32,000 bases of DNA from Phycisphaera mikurensis NBRC 102666 (GCF_000284115.1 NC_017080.1:2970001-3002000); one strand, 5' to 3'; positions 1 through 10,711 are shown, counted from the first letter of the stretch. The notes: generated by a model from the letters alone, not told the origin. Made by a program: numbers and translations.

Positions 1-1228
<1,228 letters not shown>

Positions 1229-1314
1229 GGGCAGAGCCTAAGAACCCGCCGCTCCTCCAGCCGCGGGCTCCCGAATCCGGCACGACCGGGGGCCGGGTGC
1301 CACGCGGGTGCGCG

Positions 1315-1470
1315 CTAGCGGTGATCCCCGAGTTTCCTCAGGGCTCGCCGGCAGAGCCCGTGGAGCTGCCGGACGGCGAGATCGAGCTCGGTCGACAGCT
1401 CGAGCATCGATTTGCCCCCGAGGAAGCGGCCCACGAGGATCTTCCGCTCCAGCTCGGTCAGTCTTTCCAT
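1315..1470 (-). CDS. small sigma-70 region 4-like helix-turn-helix protein (51 aa from the internal ATG; a longer start up to 1665 is possible)
   Basis: MERLTELERKILVGRFLGGKSMLELSTELDLAVRQLHGLCRRALRKLGDHR resembles the LT..ER.il..rf..g.s..eia..l......v......Al.kL pattern of sigma region 4 domains. Confidence 0.45.
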   Translation of the reverse strand: MERLTELERKILVGRFLGGKSMLELSTELDLAVRQLHGLCRRALRKLGDHR

Positions 1471-1740
1471 GACGGGGTCCGGGTGCTCTGGCGTGATGGA
1501 TGCGGGACAAGGAGAGGAGGATCCAACGCCAGCCGGTGCGTTGGGCCGCGTCGGCGGGCCGACGGGATTCGCGGATCGGCGGCGTTTCGGGCCGTTCCGC
1601 CCAGCGGTCCGCGGCGGTGTGGCGGCCGGCTCGAGAGCAGCGGGCCGCTCGTTCGCGGGAGACACGGAGGCACGAGAGGATACCTCGAAAGAGGCGGCCG
1701 GAGCGGGGCGGAGCGGCAGGTCGCCCGTGGCCGCGAGAGC

Positions 1741-2432
1741 GGAGCGGCGACGCCGCTCTGTCTGCTTGTGCGCGAGGGAGCTGGATCGCGGCTCGGACAG
1801 CGTGGCGTCGCCACGCAGCTACCGCGGCCAGGCTGGCTTCGAGAGCTGAGCGGCGACGCCGCTCTGTCTGCTTGTGCGCGAAGGAGCTGGATCGCGACTC
1901 GGACAGCGTGGCGTCGCCACGCAGCTAGCGCGGCCAGGCTGGCGGCGAGAGCGGAGCGGCGACGCCGCTCTGTCTGCTTGTGCGCGAAGAAGCTGGATCG
2001 CGGCTCGGACAGCGTGGCGTCGCCACGCAGCTAGCGCGGCCAAGCTGGCTTCGAGAGCTGAGCGGCGACGCCGCTCTGTCTGCCTTGTGCGCGAAGGAGC
2101 TGGATCGGCGGCTCGGACAGCGTGGCGTCGCCCTGCAGCTACCGCGGCCAGGCTGGCGGCGAGAGCGGAGCGGCGACGCCGCTCTGTCTGCTTGTGCGCG
2201 AAGGAGCTGCATCGCGACTCGGACAGCGTGGCGTCGCCACGCAGCTACCGCGGCCAGGCTGGCTCCGAGAGCTGAGCGGCGACGCCGCTCTGTCTGCTTG
2301 TGCGCGAAGGAGCTGGATCGCGGCTCGGACAGCGTGGCGTCGCCACGCAGCTACCGCGGCCAGGCTGGCTCCGAGAGCGGAGCGGCGACGCCGCTCTGTC
2401 TGGCTTGTGCGCGAGAGAGCTGGATCGCGGAC
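1741..2432. repeat. tandem repeat array, ~106-bp unit, 6 full copies + 1 partial, each with internal hairpins
   Basis: The core cgccgctctgtctg starts at 1751, 1857, 1963, 2069, 2177, 2283 and 2389 (spacing 106,106,106,108,106,106). Each full unit contains agcggcgacgccgct and gcgtggcgtcgccacgc or a close variant. Confidence 0.95.
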
Positions 2433-4265
2433 TCAGGCGTCGCGGCGGACGGCGATCGAGAGCAGCATCACGTCGGTGGGGTTGACGCCGGCGAGGCGAC
2501 CGGCTTGACCGAGGGTCGCGGGGCGGAATCTGTTCATCACGTCGGCGGCCTCGCCGCGCAGGCCGGTGACGCGGCCGAAGTCGATGCCGGCGGGCAGTGG
2601 CTCGTCCTCACGCTCGGCAAGCGCCGCCTGCTGGCGGTCCTGCCGGGCGATGTAGCCGCCGTAGAGGGCTTCGGCGTCGGCGTGCCGCTGCAGGTCCGGC
2701 CGGCCGGCGAGATCGCCGGATCCGAGCAGCGCGCGGTCGGCCTCGAAGAGCCGCCAGCGCTCGTCGCCGACGGTGCCGATCTCCCGGCCCAGCGCGGTGA
2801 GCCTGGGCGCGGCGTTGTCGGCACGGAGCGAGAGCCGGTGCTCGGCCCGGCTGGTGAACATCCGGTACGGCTCGCGTGGGGTCTTGGTGACGAGGTCGTC
2901 GAGCATGACGCCGATGTAGGCACGATCGCGGCCGAGCCGGAAGGGCTCGTAGCGATCACTACCTTCGGCCGACGCCCACCGCGCCGCGTTGACGCCGGCG
3001 ACCAGGCCCTGCCCCGCCGCTTCCTCGTAGCCGCTGGTGCCGTTGATCTGGCCCGCGAGCAGAAGCCCCGGGAGGCGCTTGGTCATGCACGTGGCGTCGA
3101 TCTGGTGCGGCCAAACCATGTCGTACTCGACGGCGTAGCCGGGCTTCTGGATCTCGGCGTGCTCGCAGCCGGGCAGCCGCTTCACGACCTCCGCCTGCAC
3201 CTCGGCCGGTAGCGAGGTGGAGATGCCGTTGCAGTAGATGGCGTCGTCTCGGAGCGACTCGGGCTCCAGGAAGACGTGGTGGCTGGTGCGGTCGGCGAAG
3301 CGGACGACCTTGTCCTCGATGCTCGGGCAGTAGCGTGGCCCGCTGCTGGCTTCGATGCTGCCGTTGAACATCGGCGCCCGGTGGAGGTTCGCCCGGATCA
3401 AGCCGTGCGCCGCCTCGTTCGTGTGCGTCATCCAGCACATCGCCTGCGGGAGCCGGGGGAAAGCATCGGGATCCGTGCGCCGGCTGAAGGGCTCGGGCTC
3501 GTCGTCGCCGGGTTGCTCCTCCAGGCCCGAGAGGTCGAGGCTGCCGCGGGCGAGCCGCGGCGGGGTGCCGGTCTTGAGCCGGCCGAGCTCGAAGCCGAGC
3601 CGCGCCAGCTCGGCGCTGATCCCGTTTGCCACGCCCTCGCCGACGCGGCCGCCCTGGGTCCTCGCGTCGCCGGTGTGCATCAGCGCCCGCATGAAGGTTC
3701 CGGTCGTGAGCACGACGGCCCCCGCCCGCAGCAGGAAGGTCTTCCCGGCGTCGGCCACGCGGCCGAACGCACCGCAGCAGGAGGGGTCGGGTGCCCCGGT
3801 CACCGGCTCGGTGGTCCGGCCGAAGACGCCGACGCAGCGGCCCTCCTCGACGACCAGCTCCTCGACCAGCCCGCTCACGAACGACAGGTTCGGCCGCGTC
3901 GCCAGCAGCCGGCGGACCTCCTCGGCGTAGGCGTGCTTGTCGCTCTGGCAACGCGGGCCGCGGACGGCGGGCCCGCGGCTGCGGTTGAGCACCTTGAACT
4001 GGATGCCGGTCGCGTCGGCGACGCGGCCCATAAGGCCGCCGAGCGCGTCGATCTCGGCGACCATCTGGCCCTTGGCCAAGCCGCCGATCGCCGGGTTGCA
4101 GCTCATCGCCCCGATCCGGTCGGGGTCCATCGTCACCATCGCCACGCGGCCGCGGCTCCCGCCGCTGTCCTCGTACCGCGGCCGCAGCAGGTTGCTCGCC
4201 GCCCACGCCGCCTCGGCCCCCGCGTGGCCGCCGCCGATCACGATGACGTCCGCAGCTTCGTCCAT
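2433..4265 (-). CDS. mnmG: tRNA uridine-5-carboxymethylaminomethyl(34) synthesis enzyme MnmG/GidA
   Basis: 610-aa ORF beginning DVIVIGGGHAGAEAAWAA, with CNPAIGGLAKG, LKTGTPPR, GLLLAGQINGTSGYEEAAGQGLVAGVNAA and TSRAEHRLSLRADNA, the diagnostic MnmG motifs. Confidence 0.97.
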   Translation of the reverse strand: MDEAADVIVIGGGHAGAEAAWAASNLLRPRYEDSGGSRGRVAMVTMDPDRIGAMSCNPAIGGLAKGQMVAEIDALGGLMGRVADATGIQFKVLNRSRGPAVRGPRCQSDKHAYAEEVRRLLATRPNLSFVSGLVEELVVEEGRCVGVFGRTTEPVTGAPDPSCCGAFGRVADAGKTFLLRAGAVVLTTGTFMRALMHTGDARTQGGRVGEGVANGISAELARLGFELGRLKTGTPPRLARGSLDLSGLEEQPGDDEPEPFSRRTDPDAFPRLPQAMCWMTHTNEAAHGLIRANLHRAPMFNGSIEASSGPRYCPSIEDKVVRFADRTSHHVFLEPESLRDDAIYCNGISTSLPAEVQAEVVKRLPGCEHAEIQKPGYAVEYDMVWPHQIDATCMTKRLPGLLLAGQINGTSGYEEAAGQGLVAGVNAARWASAEGSDRYEPFRLGRDRAYIGVMLDDLVTKTPREPYRMFTSRAEHRLSLRADNAAPRLTALGREIGTVGDERWRLFEADRALLGSGDLAGRPDLQRHADAEALYGGYIARQDRQQAALAEREDEPLPAGIDFGRVTGLRGEAADVMNRFRPATLGQAGRLAGVNPTDVMLLSIAVRRDA

Positions 4266-4359
4266 GGGCGAGGGTACCCCCCGTGTGCCCGCCGGCGGCT
4301 CGCCGCCGCTGTCCGAAGCCCGCTCTCGGCGCTCTCCGGACGCCCCCTAGCGTGGGGTC

Positions 4360-5361
4360 ATGCCGCACCTCTCCCGCCGCACCGCGATCGCCGCCGCCCC
4401 GTTCGCCGCGCTCGCGGCCGCCGGTCTGGGGCGGGTCGCCGGCGCCCAGGAAGCCGCCGCCCCGCTGCCGCCGACGGGAAACGCCGGCGTGTACCGCACC
4501 GGCGTCGGCGCGTGGGACGTCGCCGTCGTCAGCGACGGCCACTTCTTCTTCGACCCGATGCACCCGACGCTCGGCGGCAACGTCGGCGCCGCGGCGTTCG
4601 CCGCCGCCGTCGAGGCGGCCGCCATGCCGGCGGACGGCCTCGCCCACGTCAACGCGCTGCTGGCACGCAAGGGCGACCGCGTCGTGCTCGTCGACGCGGG
4701 CGGCGGCGATGCCTTCGCGCCGACCACCGGCCGGCTGATCGCCAATCTCGCCACGCTGGGCGTCGAGCCGGCGGCCGTGACCGACGTCCTGCTGACCCAC
4801 GCGCACCCCGATCACGCCGGCGGGCTGATGCTGCCCGGCCGGGACCGCCAGCCGGCCTTCGCCAACGCCACCGTCCACGTGACCGAGGCGGAGCACGCCT
4901 TCTGGCGGAGCGGCCCGGCGCTGGCGCAGTCCGGCGTGCCCGAGGAGATGAAGGCGGCGGTGGTGAAGACGGCCAACGACGCGCTCGACACCGCCGGCGA
5001 GCGGCTCGCGATGGTGACCGACGGGGCCGAGCCGGTGGAAGGCTTCACCTCGGTGGCCTGCCCCGGCCACACGCCGGGGCACTGCGGCTACCTGCTCAGC
5101 GACGGCGACGCGACGCTGTACTTCACCGGCGACACGATCTTCTTCGCCCCCGTTCTGACCTCCCACCCCGGCTGGCACGTGGCCTTCGACACCGATCCGG
5201 CGGAGGCGGCGGCGACCCGCTTCCGCGAGATGGACCGGATCGCGAACGAGCGGCTGCGGATCGCTTCGCCGCACCTGCCGTTCCCGGCGCTTGCGCAGCT
5301 GCGGGAGGACGGGGCGGGCGGGTTCCGGTTCCTGGCCGAGCCCTGGCGCTTCGAGGCCTGA
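4360..5361 (+). CDS. Tat-signal-like MBL-fold metallo-hydrolase
   Basis: N-terminal SRRTAIAAAPFAALAAAGLGRV, then the zinc-binding motif LLTHAHPDHAGGL and further metal-ligand motifs PGHTPGHCGY and YFTGDTIF. Confidence 0.85.
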   Translation: MPHLSRRTAIAAAPFAALAAAGLGRVAGAQEAAAPLPPTGNAGVYRTGVGAWDVAVVSDGHFFFDPMHPTLGGNVGAAAFAAAVEAAAMPADGLAHVNALLARKGDRVVLVDAGGGDAFAPTTGRLIANLATLGVEPAAVTDVLLTHAHPDHAGGLMLPGRDRQPAFANATVHVTEAEHAFWRSGPALAQSGVPEEMKAAVVKTANDALDTAGERLAMVTDGAEPVEGFTSVACPGHTPGHCGYLLSDGDATLYFTGDTIFFAPVLTSHPGWHVAFDTDPAEAAATRFREMDRIANERLRIASPHLPFPALAQLREDGAGGFRFLAEPWRFEA

Positions 5362-5390
5362 GCCGGAGCGGTCGAGCGTCGCGTCGGGCC

Positions 5391-5431
5391 CCCGAGCCAC
5401 GTCCTCGGGAGGGTCGAGGCCGTGGCTCGGG
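5391..5431. terminator. candidate bidirectional terminator between convergent genes
   Basis: Perfect 11-bp inverted repeat cccgagccacg (5391-5401) / cgtggctcggg (5421-5431) between the MBL-fold gene (+) and the epimerase gene (-). Confidence 0.45.
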
Positions 5432-5462
5432 AGAGAGCGGGGGCCGGATCCGAGGTGAGGCT

Positions 5463-6347
5463 CTACGCCTTCGGCCACAGCAGCGGCGTCGGCTCCAAGG
5501 GTGTCCAGCCGAGCTCGTCGCGCAGCACGCCGAGGTCGGCCAGCCCGCCGGGGCCGCGGAGGTCGCCGGTCACCGGGATGTGCGGAAGGAACTCCCGGGC
5601 CAGCGTCGCGGGGGCGATGCCCGCCACCGCGCGGCACGAGGCCGGGAAGTGGCAGCGGTAGCCGGGGGGCGAGCGGAGCAGCGCGGCCTCGAAGAGGCGG
5701 CAGGCGTCGTCGAGGTGCAGCAGGGCCATGCCCTCGATCAGCTCGTGGCACCCGGCGTGGAACGGCCGCCGGGGCGGGTTCCACCCGGTCCGCCCGCAGA
5801 TGCCCGGCAGCCGCAGCGCGACGCCGGCGAGCTTCGCGTTCGCGCGGCAGAGCTCCGCGAGCAGCTGCTCGCCGTGCGCCTTCGACAACGCGTAGGGGTT
5901 CTGACCCGGTGCCGCCGGGGCGTTTCCGTCCATGGGCAACCGCGGGAAGGGGCAGGGCCCCTGCGGCTCGAACCACTTGGGCCAGGCCACCATGTCCATC
6001 GTCGCCTGGATCGAGCTGGCGTACACGATCCGCTCGACGCCGTGGTCGCCGGCGGCGTAGAGCACGTTCGCCGTCATCCCCACGTTGGCCGCCAGCAGCT
6101 TCTGCCGGGGCAGGGGCTGGTTGGGGTTGGGGATGTTGCCCAGGTGCAGAACCGCGTCGACGCCGCCGCCGCTGTGGAACAGGTTGTAGACCCCCATGTC
6201 GTCGGCGAGATCGACCTGGTGCAGGGGCACGGGCAGGCCGGCGGCGTGCCGCTGGTCCGTGGCGACCACGCCGTGGCCGGCGGCGTGGAGGTGCTTGATC
6301 GCCGCCGAGCCGAGCAGGCCCGCGGCGCCCGTGACGAGGACACGCAT
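5463..6347 (-). CDS. NAD-dependent epimerase/dehydratase family protein
   Basis: From the ATG at 6347: MRVLVTGAAGLLGSAAIKHLHAAGHGVVATDQ (Rossmann motif), ending with YALSKAHGEQL (YxxxK) and an NxxG-like SDR-extended pattern. Confidence 0.85.
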   Translation of the reverse strand: MRVLVTGAAGLLGSAAIKHLHAAGHGVVATDQRHAAGLPVPLHQVDLADDMGVYNLFHSGGGVDAVLHLGNIPNPNQPLPRQKLLAANVGMTANVLYAAGDHGVERIVYASSIQATMDMVAWPKWFEPQGPCPFPRLPMDGNAPAAPGQNPYALSKAHGEQLLAELCRANAKLAGVALRLPGICGRTGWNPPRRPFHAGCHELIEGMALLHLDDACRLFEAALLRSPPGYRCHFPASCRAVAGIAPATLAREFLPHIPVTGDLRGPGGLADLGVLRDELGWTPLEPTPLLWPKA

Positions 6348-6390
6348 GCGCGGGAACATACCGGCGGCCTCCCGCGGTAGCCTCCGACCG

Positions 6391-7719
6391 ATGCAGGGCT
6401 GCACGCTGGGTGAGGTCGCGGAGGCGGCGGGAGCGACGCTCCACGGGCCCGCCGGCGCGGCGAATCGCCCGGCGGCGGCCTTCGGCATCGACTCCCGCAC
6501 GCTGCCCGCCGGCGGCGTCTTCTTCGCGCTCGGATCCGCGGACCGCGACGGGCACGGCTTCGCGGAAGCCACGGTCCGCGGCGGGGCCGCGGCGGCGGTG
6601 GTGCGGGACCGCTGGGAGCGGCCCGCGGCGGGGACGTACCTCGCCGTGGACGACCCCGCCGCCGCCCTGCACCGGCTGGCGGCGCGGCAGCGCGAGCGGC
6701 TTCGCGCCGGCGGCTGCCGCGTCGTCGCGGTCGGCGGCTCCAACGGCAAGACGTCGACGCGGAGGCTGATCCACCACACGCTCGCCGCCGGCGGCCTCGC
6801 CGGCACGCAGAGCCCAGCCAGCTTCAACAACCACCTCGGCGTGCCGCTGACCCTGCTCGCCGCACGCCCCGACGACGCGTTCGTCGCCGCCGAGATCGGC
6901 ACCAACCACCCCGGGGAGATCGCCCCGCTGGCGGACCTGCTCCGCCCGGAGGTGGCGGTGATCGCCAGCATCGGGGCCGAGCACCTCGGCCACTTCGGCT
7001 CGCTCGGGGCCGTCGCCGAGGAGGAAGCCGCCCTGCTGCCGGCGGTGCGACCCGGCGGCGTCGTTTTCTGCCCGCCCGAAGCCGCGGCGGCGCTGCAACC
7101 CTTCTACGACGTGGCCGAGGGCGTGGCGCTCGTTCCGGTGACCGAGGCGCGGCACGGGGCCCTCGTGCCCGCGGGCTTCCCGCTGCTTGGGCAGCACCAG
7201 CGGGCCAACGCCCGGCTCGCCGCCGCCGTCGGCCGGTGGTTCGGCCTGGACGCCGACGCCGTCGCCGCCGCCCTGTCGACGGCCACGCCCGCCCCCGGCC
7301 GGATGGAGCCGCTGCGGCTGGGCGGAGGCGCGGAGGCGGGCGGCGTCACGGTCGTGCACGACGCGTACAACGCGAACCCCGATTCCGTCGCCGCCGCCCT
7401 GCGCCACCTCGCCGCGGCCCCCGCCCCGGGCCGCCGCGTCGTGGTGCTCGGCCCGATGCTCGAGCTCGGCCGCTTCGCCGGCGACGCCCACCGCGACGCC
7501 GCCGCCCTCGCGGAGGCCTCCGCCGACCTCGTGCTGCTCGTCGGCGACGCCTGGCCGACCCCGGGCACCGACCTCGACGCCGTCGCCGCCGCCCTCGAAC
7601 CCGGCGACACCGTGCTCGTGAAGGCGAGCCGCGGCTCGGCGCTCGAACGGCTCTTCCCGCTGATCGAGCGAGGCGTCGCGTCGCGGCCGCCCGTCCGGCC
7701 ACGGGGGCCCGTGCCTTGA
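6391..7719 (+). CDS. murF: UDP-N-acetylmuramoyl-tripeptide--D-alanyl-D-alanine ligase
   Basis: Mur ligase features: DSRTLPAGGVFFAL, VAVGGSNGKTSTRRLI, FNNHLGVPLTLL, AEIGTNHPGEIAPL, HDAYNANPDSVAAAL and VLGPMLELG; directly upstream of mraY. Confidence 0.93.
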   Translation: MQGCTLGEVAEAAGATLHGPAGAANRPAAAFGIDSRTLPAGGVFFALGSADRDGHGFAEATVRGGAAAAVVRDRWERPAAGTYLAVDDPAAALHRLAARQRERLRAGGCRVVAVGGSNGKTSTRRLIHHTLAAGGLAGTQSPASFNNHLGVPLTLLAARPDDAFVAAEIGTNHPGEIAPLADLLRPEVAVIASIGAEHLGHFGSLGAVAEEEAALLPAVRPGGVVFCPPEAAAALQPFYDVAEGVALVPVTEARHGALVPAGFPLLGQHQRANARLAAAVGRWFGLDADAVAAALSTATPAPGRMEPLRLGGGAEAGGVTVVHDAYNANPDSVAAALRHLAAAPAPGRRVVVLGPMLELGRFAGDAHRDAAALAEASADLVLLVGDAWPTPGTDLDAVAAALEPGDTVLVKASRGSALERLFPLIERGVASRPPVRPRGPVP

Positions 7720-8921
7720 TCCCCTGGCTCCTCGACGCCCTGGGCATCTCCGCCTCCGACAGCTCGGCTGTCCGCGCCTTCGGCGTGTTCCGCTGGGTCG
7801 AGTTCCGCGCGGTGCTGGCGGTCGTGCTCGCCTTCGTCACGGTGGTCGCCTGCGCCCCGCGCGTGATCCGCTGGCTGATCACGCAGAAGATCGGCGACCG
7901 TCCGGAGTTCCACAACCGCGCCCTCAACGAGCTCACCCAGCACAAGAGCAACGTCCCGACCATGGGCGGCGTGCTGATCGCGGGGGCGATCTTCGGCGTC
8001 ACGCTGCTGCTGGCCGACCTCCGCAGCTTCTACGTCGTGATGGCGATGGCCTGCCTCGTGTCGCTGTGCGCGATCGGCTTCGCGGACGACTGGCTCAAGC
8101 TCACCGCGGGCCGCCGCAACGCCGCCTCGCGCGACGGCCTGCGCAGCTGGGAGAAGCTGCTGTTCCAGCTCGGCGTGGCCGCGCTGCTCGGCTGGTTCAC
8201 GTACCGCTACGGGGTGAGCAAGTTCGCCTACCTCAACGAGTTTTCGGAGATGGCGCGGTCGGTGAATCTGCCGGGCCTGAAGGCGTGGGTGCGCGAGGGC
8301 GGCGTGCTGACGCAGAACCCCGCGATGCTCGTGCTGCCGGCGGGGGCGTTCGTGCTGGTGGCGACGCTGCTGATCACCGGCTTCTCCAACGCCGTGAACC
8401 TCACCGACGGCATGGACGGCCTCGCCTCGGGCATCACCGTCATCTGCGCGTTCCTGCTGATGATCCTCTGCGTGATCGCCGGGTACCAGAGCCAGGGCTT
8501 CGTGCTCGCGAAGTACCTGCTCGTGCCGCACATCCCGCTCTCCGACGAGCTCGCCGTGGTCGCCGGGGCGATGGTGGGCGCCTGCCTGGGCTTCCTGTGG
8601 TTCAACTGCAACCCCGCCCAGGTCTTCATGGGCGACACCGGCAGCCTGCCGCTGGGCGGCCTGCTCGCGTACATCGCGGTGGTGATCCGGCAGGAGTTCC
8701 TGCTGCTGGTCGTCGGCGGGGTGTTCCTGCTGGAGATCGGCAGCGTGGTGCTGCAGGTCGGCTACTTCAAGATGACCGGCGGGAAGCGGGTGTTCCGCTG
8801 CGCCCCGATCCACCACCACTTCCACCTCACCGGCTGGACCGAGCAGCAGGTGGTCGTCCGGGCTTGGGTCGTCACCGCCCTGCTCGCCGCGCTCGCCCTC
8901 GCCGCCGTGAAGCTGCGGTGA
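7716..8921 (+). CDS. mraY: phospho-N-acetylmuramoyl-pentapeptide-transferase
   Basis: Probable TTG start at 7716 overlaps the murF stop. LIPWLLDALG...FRWVEFRAVLA, KSNVPTMGGVLI, FADDWLKL, NLTDGMDGLA, FMGDTGSLPLGG and FRCAPIHHHFHLTGW are MraY signatures. Confidence 0.95.
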   Translation: MIPWLLDALGISASDSSAVRAFGVFRWVEFRAVLAVVLAFVTVVACAPRVIRWLITQKIGDRPEFHNRALNELTQHKSNVPTMGGVLIAGAIFGVTLLLADLRSFYVVMAMACLVSLCAIGFADDWLKLTAGRRNAASRDGLRSWEKLLFQLGVAALLGWFTYRYGVSKFAYLNEFSEMARSVNLPGLKAWVREGGVLTQNPAMLVLPAGAFVLVATLLITGFSNAVNLTDGMDGLASGITVICAFLLMILCVIAGYQSQGFVLAKYLLVPHIPLSDELAVVAGAMVGACLGFLWFNCNPAQVFMGDTGSLPLGGLLAYIAVVIRQEFLLLVVGGVFLLEIGSVVLQVGYFKMTGGKRVFRCAPIHHHFHLTGWTEQQVVVRAWVVTALLAALALAAVKLR

Positions 8922-9048
8922 GGCGCCCGACGCGGAAGCCGCCCCCGCAGCGTGCCGGCCACCGCGGATCCAACCCGACCGGCCGAGGACCCGACACGCG
9001 GCACGCGGAACGCCGAACGCGGCGGGCACGCTGCACTAAAACACCTCC

Positions 9049-9813
9049 ATGAGCAACGAGACGCGAGCGGCTTTGGTGACGGGGGCTTCGGCGGGGATCG
9101 GGCGGTCGACGGCGATCGCCCTGGCCGAAGCCGGGATGCGGGTGGTGGTCTCCGCGCGGCGGGCGGAAGCGCTCGCGACCCTGGTGGAGGAGATCGAGAC
9201 GGCGGGCGGGCAGGCCGACGCGGTCGTCGCCGACCTCGCCACCATCGGCGGCGTCGACGCGATGTGGTCCGAGGCCTGCGGGCTGCTGCACGGCCCGCCG
9301 GGGGTGGTGATCGCCAACGCCGGGCACGGGCTCCAGGGCGGGGTGCTGTCCTCGGACCGCTCCAAGTGGGAGAACATGATCGCGCTCAACTACACGGGCT
9401 GCGTCCACCTGATGCGGCTGGCGGCCGGAGCCCAGGCCGACGCCATCGAGGCGGACGACGCGCCCTCGGGCGACGTGGTGGTGCTCGGCAGCGTGAGCGG
9501 GATCCACGTCTCCCCCTTCTCGGGCATGTACGGCTCCACGAAGTTCGCCGTGACCGCCGCGGCCGAGGCGCTCCGCCGCGAGGTGGGTCCGCGGCGGGTG
9601 CGGGTCTCGGTCATCAAGCCCGGGATCGTGCGGAGCGAGTTCCAGGAGGTCGCCGGGTACGACGAGGAGACCTTCGGCAAGGCGGTGGCGAAGTTCGGCG
9701 ACATGCTCACGCCGGAGGACGTCGCCCGCACGATCCGCTTCGTCGTGACGCAGCCGCCCAACGTCCACGTGAACGACGTGGTGATCCGGCCGGTGGGGCA
9801 GGACTACCCCTAA
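9049..9813 (+). CDS. SDR family oxidoreductase
   Basis: LVTGASAGIGRSTA (TGxxxGxG), NAGHG and YGSTKFAVTAAAEAL (YxxxK). Confidence 0.92.
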   Translation: MSNETRAALVTGASAGIGRSTAIALAEAGMRVVVSARRAEALATLVEEIETAGGQADAVVADLATIGGVDAMWSEACGLLHGPPGVVIANAGHGLQGGVLSSDRSKWENMIALNYTGCVHLMRLAAGAQADAIEADDAPSGDVVVLGSVSGIHVSPFSGMYGSTKFAVTAAAEALRREVGPRRVRVSVIKPGIVRSEFQEVAGYDEETFGKAVAKFGDMLTPEDVARTIRFVVTQPPNVHVNDVVIRPVGQDYP

Positions 9814-9964
9814 GACGCGCCCGGCGAGCGTCCGGACGCACTGGGTGCCGAGCATCCGGCCTCAGGAGATGCGCAGATGGTCGAGCCCCGGCGGGCGTGG
9901 CACCCCGACCCGGATTGTCTCGGGTGTCCGTCTTGGTTCGAAACGCGTCGGAGGCGCCCGGCTC

Positions 9965-10372
9965 TCAGGCCGCGGCCGCCAGCGGCGCGGCGAACCGGAA
10001 GCCGATCTCGAAGCAGACCTCGGCGCCCTCGCCGACCTGGCCGATCCGGCGGCACCAGGCGACGTTCGCGGGCGCGACGAAGCCGCGGCCGTCGTCGAGC
10101 TGCATCGCCAGCGTCACCGGCTCGCCGGTGTTCAACGCCTCGTTGTGCAGGACCGACACGCCGCCGCGGCCGGAGTTGCGGGTCATCACCTCGTGCACGG
10201 CGTGGCCGCCCGCACCGTCGGCCACGCGGAGCATGCAGGGGCGCTGCCGGTCGCTGCGTGGGACGTCGCGCGGGACGCCGCCGCGGTCGGCGGCGGTCCG
10301 CTCGCCGAGCAGCGCTTGCTCGTGGCTGATCCGCTGCAGAGCCTCGGTCCAGTCGCTTTCTTGGAGTCTCAT
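9965..10372 (-). CDS. PilZ-domain-like protein
   Basis: HEVMTRNSGRGGVSVLHNEALNTGEPVTLAMQL...ANVAWCRRIGQ...EVCFEIGFRF resembles the PilZ beta-barrel core with a degenerate N-x-G-x-G-G motif; similar to the gene at 10712-11230. Confidence 0.6.
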   Translation of the reverse strand: MRLQESDWTEALQRISHEQALLGERTAADRGGVPRDVPRSDRQRPCMLRVADGAGGHAVHEVMTRNSGRGGVSVLHNEALNTGEPVTLAMQLDDGRGFVAPANVAWCRRIGQVGEGAEVCFEIGFRFAAPLAAAA

Positions 10373-10411
10373 GCCCCCTCCATCGGCTCAAGGAGCCTCG
10401 CTCTGTGGCAT

Positions 10412-10711
10412 TCAGGCGGCGATGGGGCCGATGTTCACCGGCGCATCGGACTGTTTCTCGGGTGCGGCGAGCCGCACCGGCCTCCCCTGCGGGATCGGCC
10501 ACAGCGCGTCCTCAGGCGGCGATGGGGCCGATGTTTACCGGCGCATCGGGCTGTTTCTCGGGTGCGGCGAGCCGCACCGGCCTCCCCTGCGGGATCGGCC
10601 ACAGCGCGTCCTCAGGCGGCGATGGGGCCGATATTCACCGGCGCATCGGGCTGTTTCTCGGGTGCGGCGAGCCGCACCGGCCTCCCCTGCGGGATCGGCC
10701 ACAGCGCGTCC
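10412..10711. repeat. three exact-period 100-bp tandem repeats; the gene 3' end at 10712-10748 is a partial fourth copy
   Basis: tcaggcggcgatggggccgat(g/a)tt(c/t)accggcgcatcg starts at 10412, 10512, 10612 and 10712. Each full unit also has tgtttctcgggtgcggcgagccgcaccggcctcccctgcgggatcggccacagcgcgtcc. Confidence 0.95.

Noticed and set aside
1741-2432. CRISPR array
   Set aside because: The entire ~106-bp unit is conserved, with no short repeat alternating with unique spacers, and there are no cas genes nearby.
1297-3212. Protein-coding interpretation of the repeat array (RRRSVCLCAKELDRDSDSVASPRS repeats in several ORFs)
   Set aside because: Period is 106/108 bp, not a multiple of 3, so the peptide repeats hop between frames; the ORFs run into antisense mnmG. 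Structure at nucleotide level explains the signal better.
3276-6380. 1034-aa plus-strand ORF
   Set aside because: Overlaps three supported genes and shows only compositionally biased sequence; open only because stop codons are rare at this GC content.
2959-7491. 1510-aa minus-strand ORF
   Set aside because: Spans mnmG, the MBL-fold gene, the epimerase and murF in a wrong frame or strand, with Arg/Gly/Pro-rich text lacking domains.
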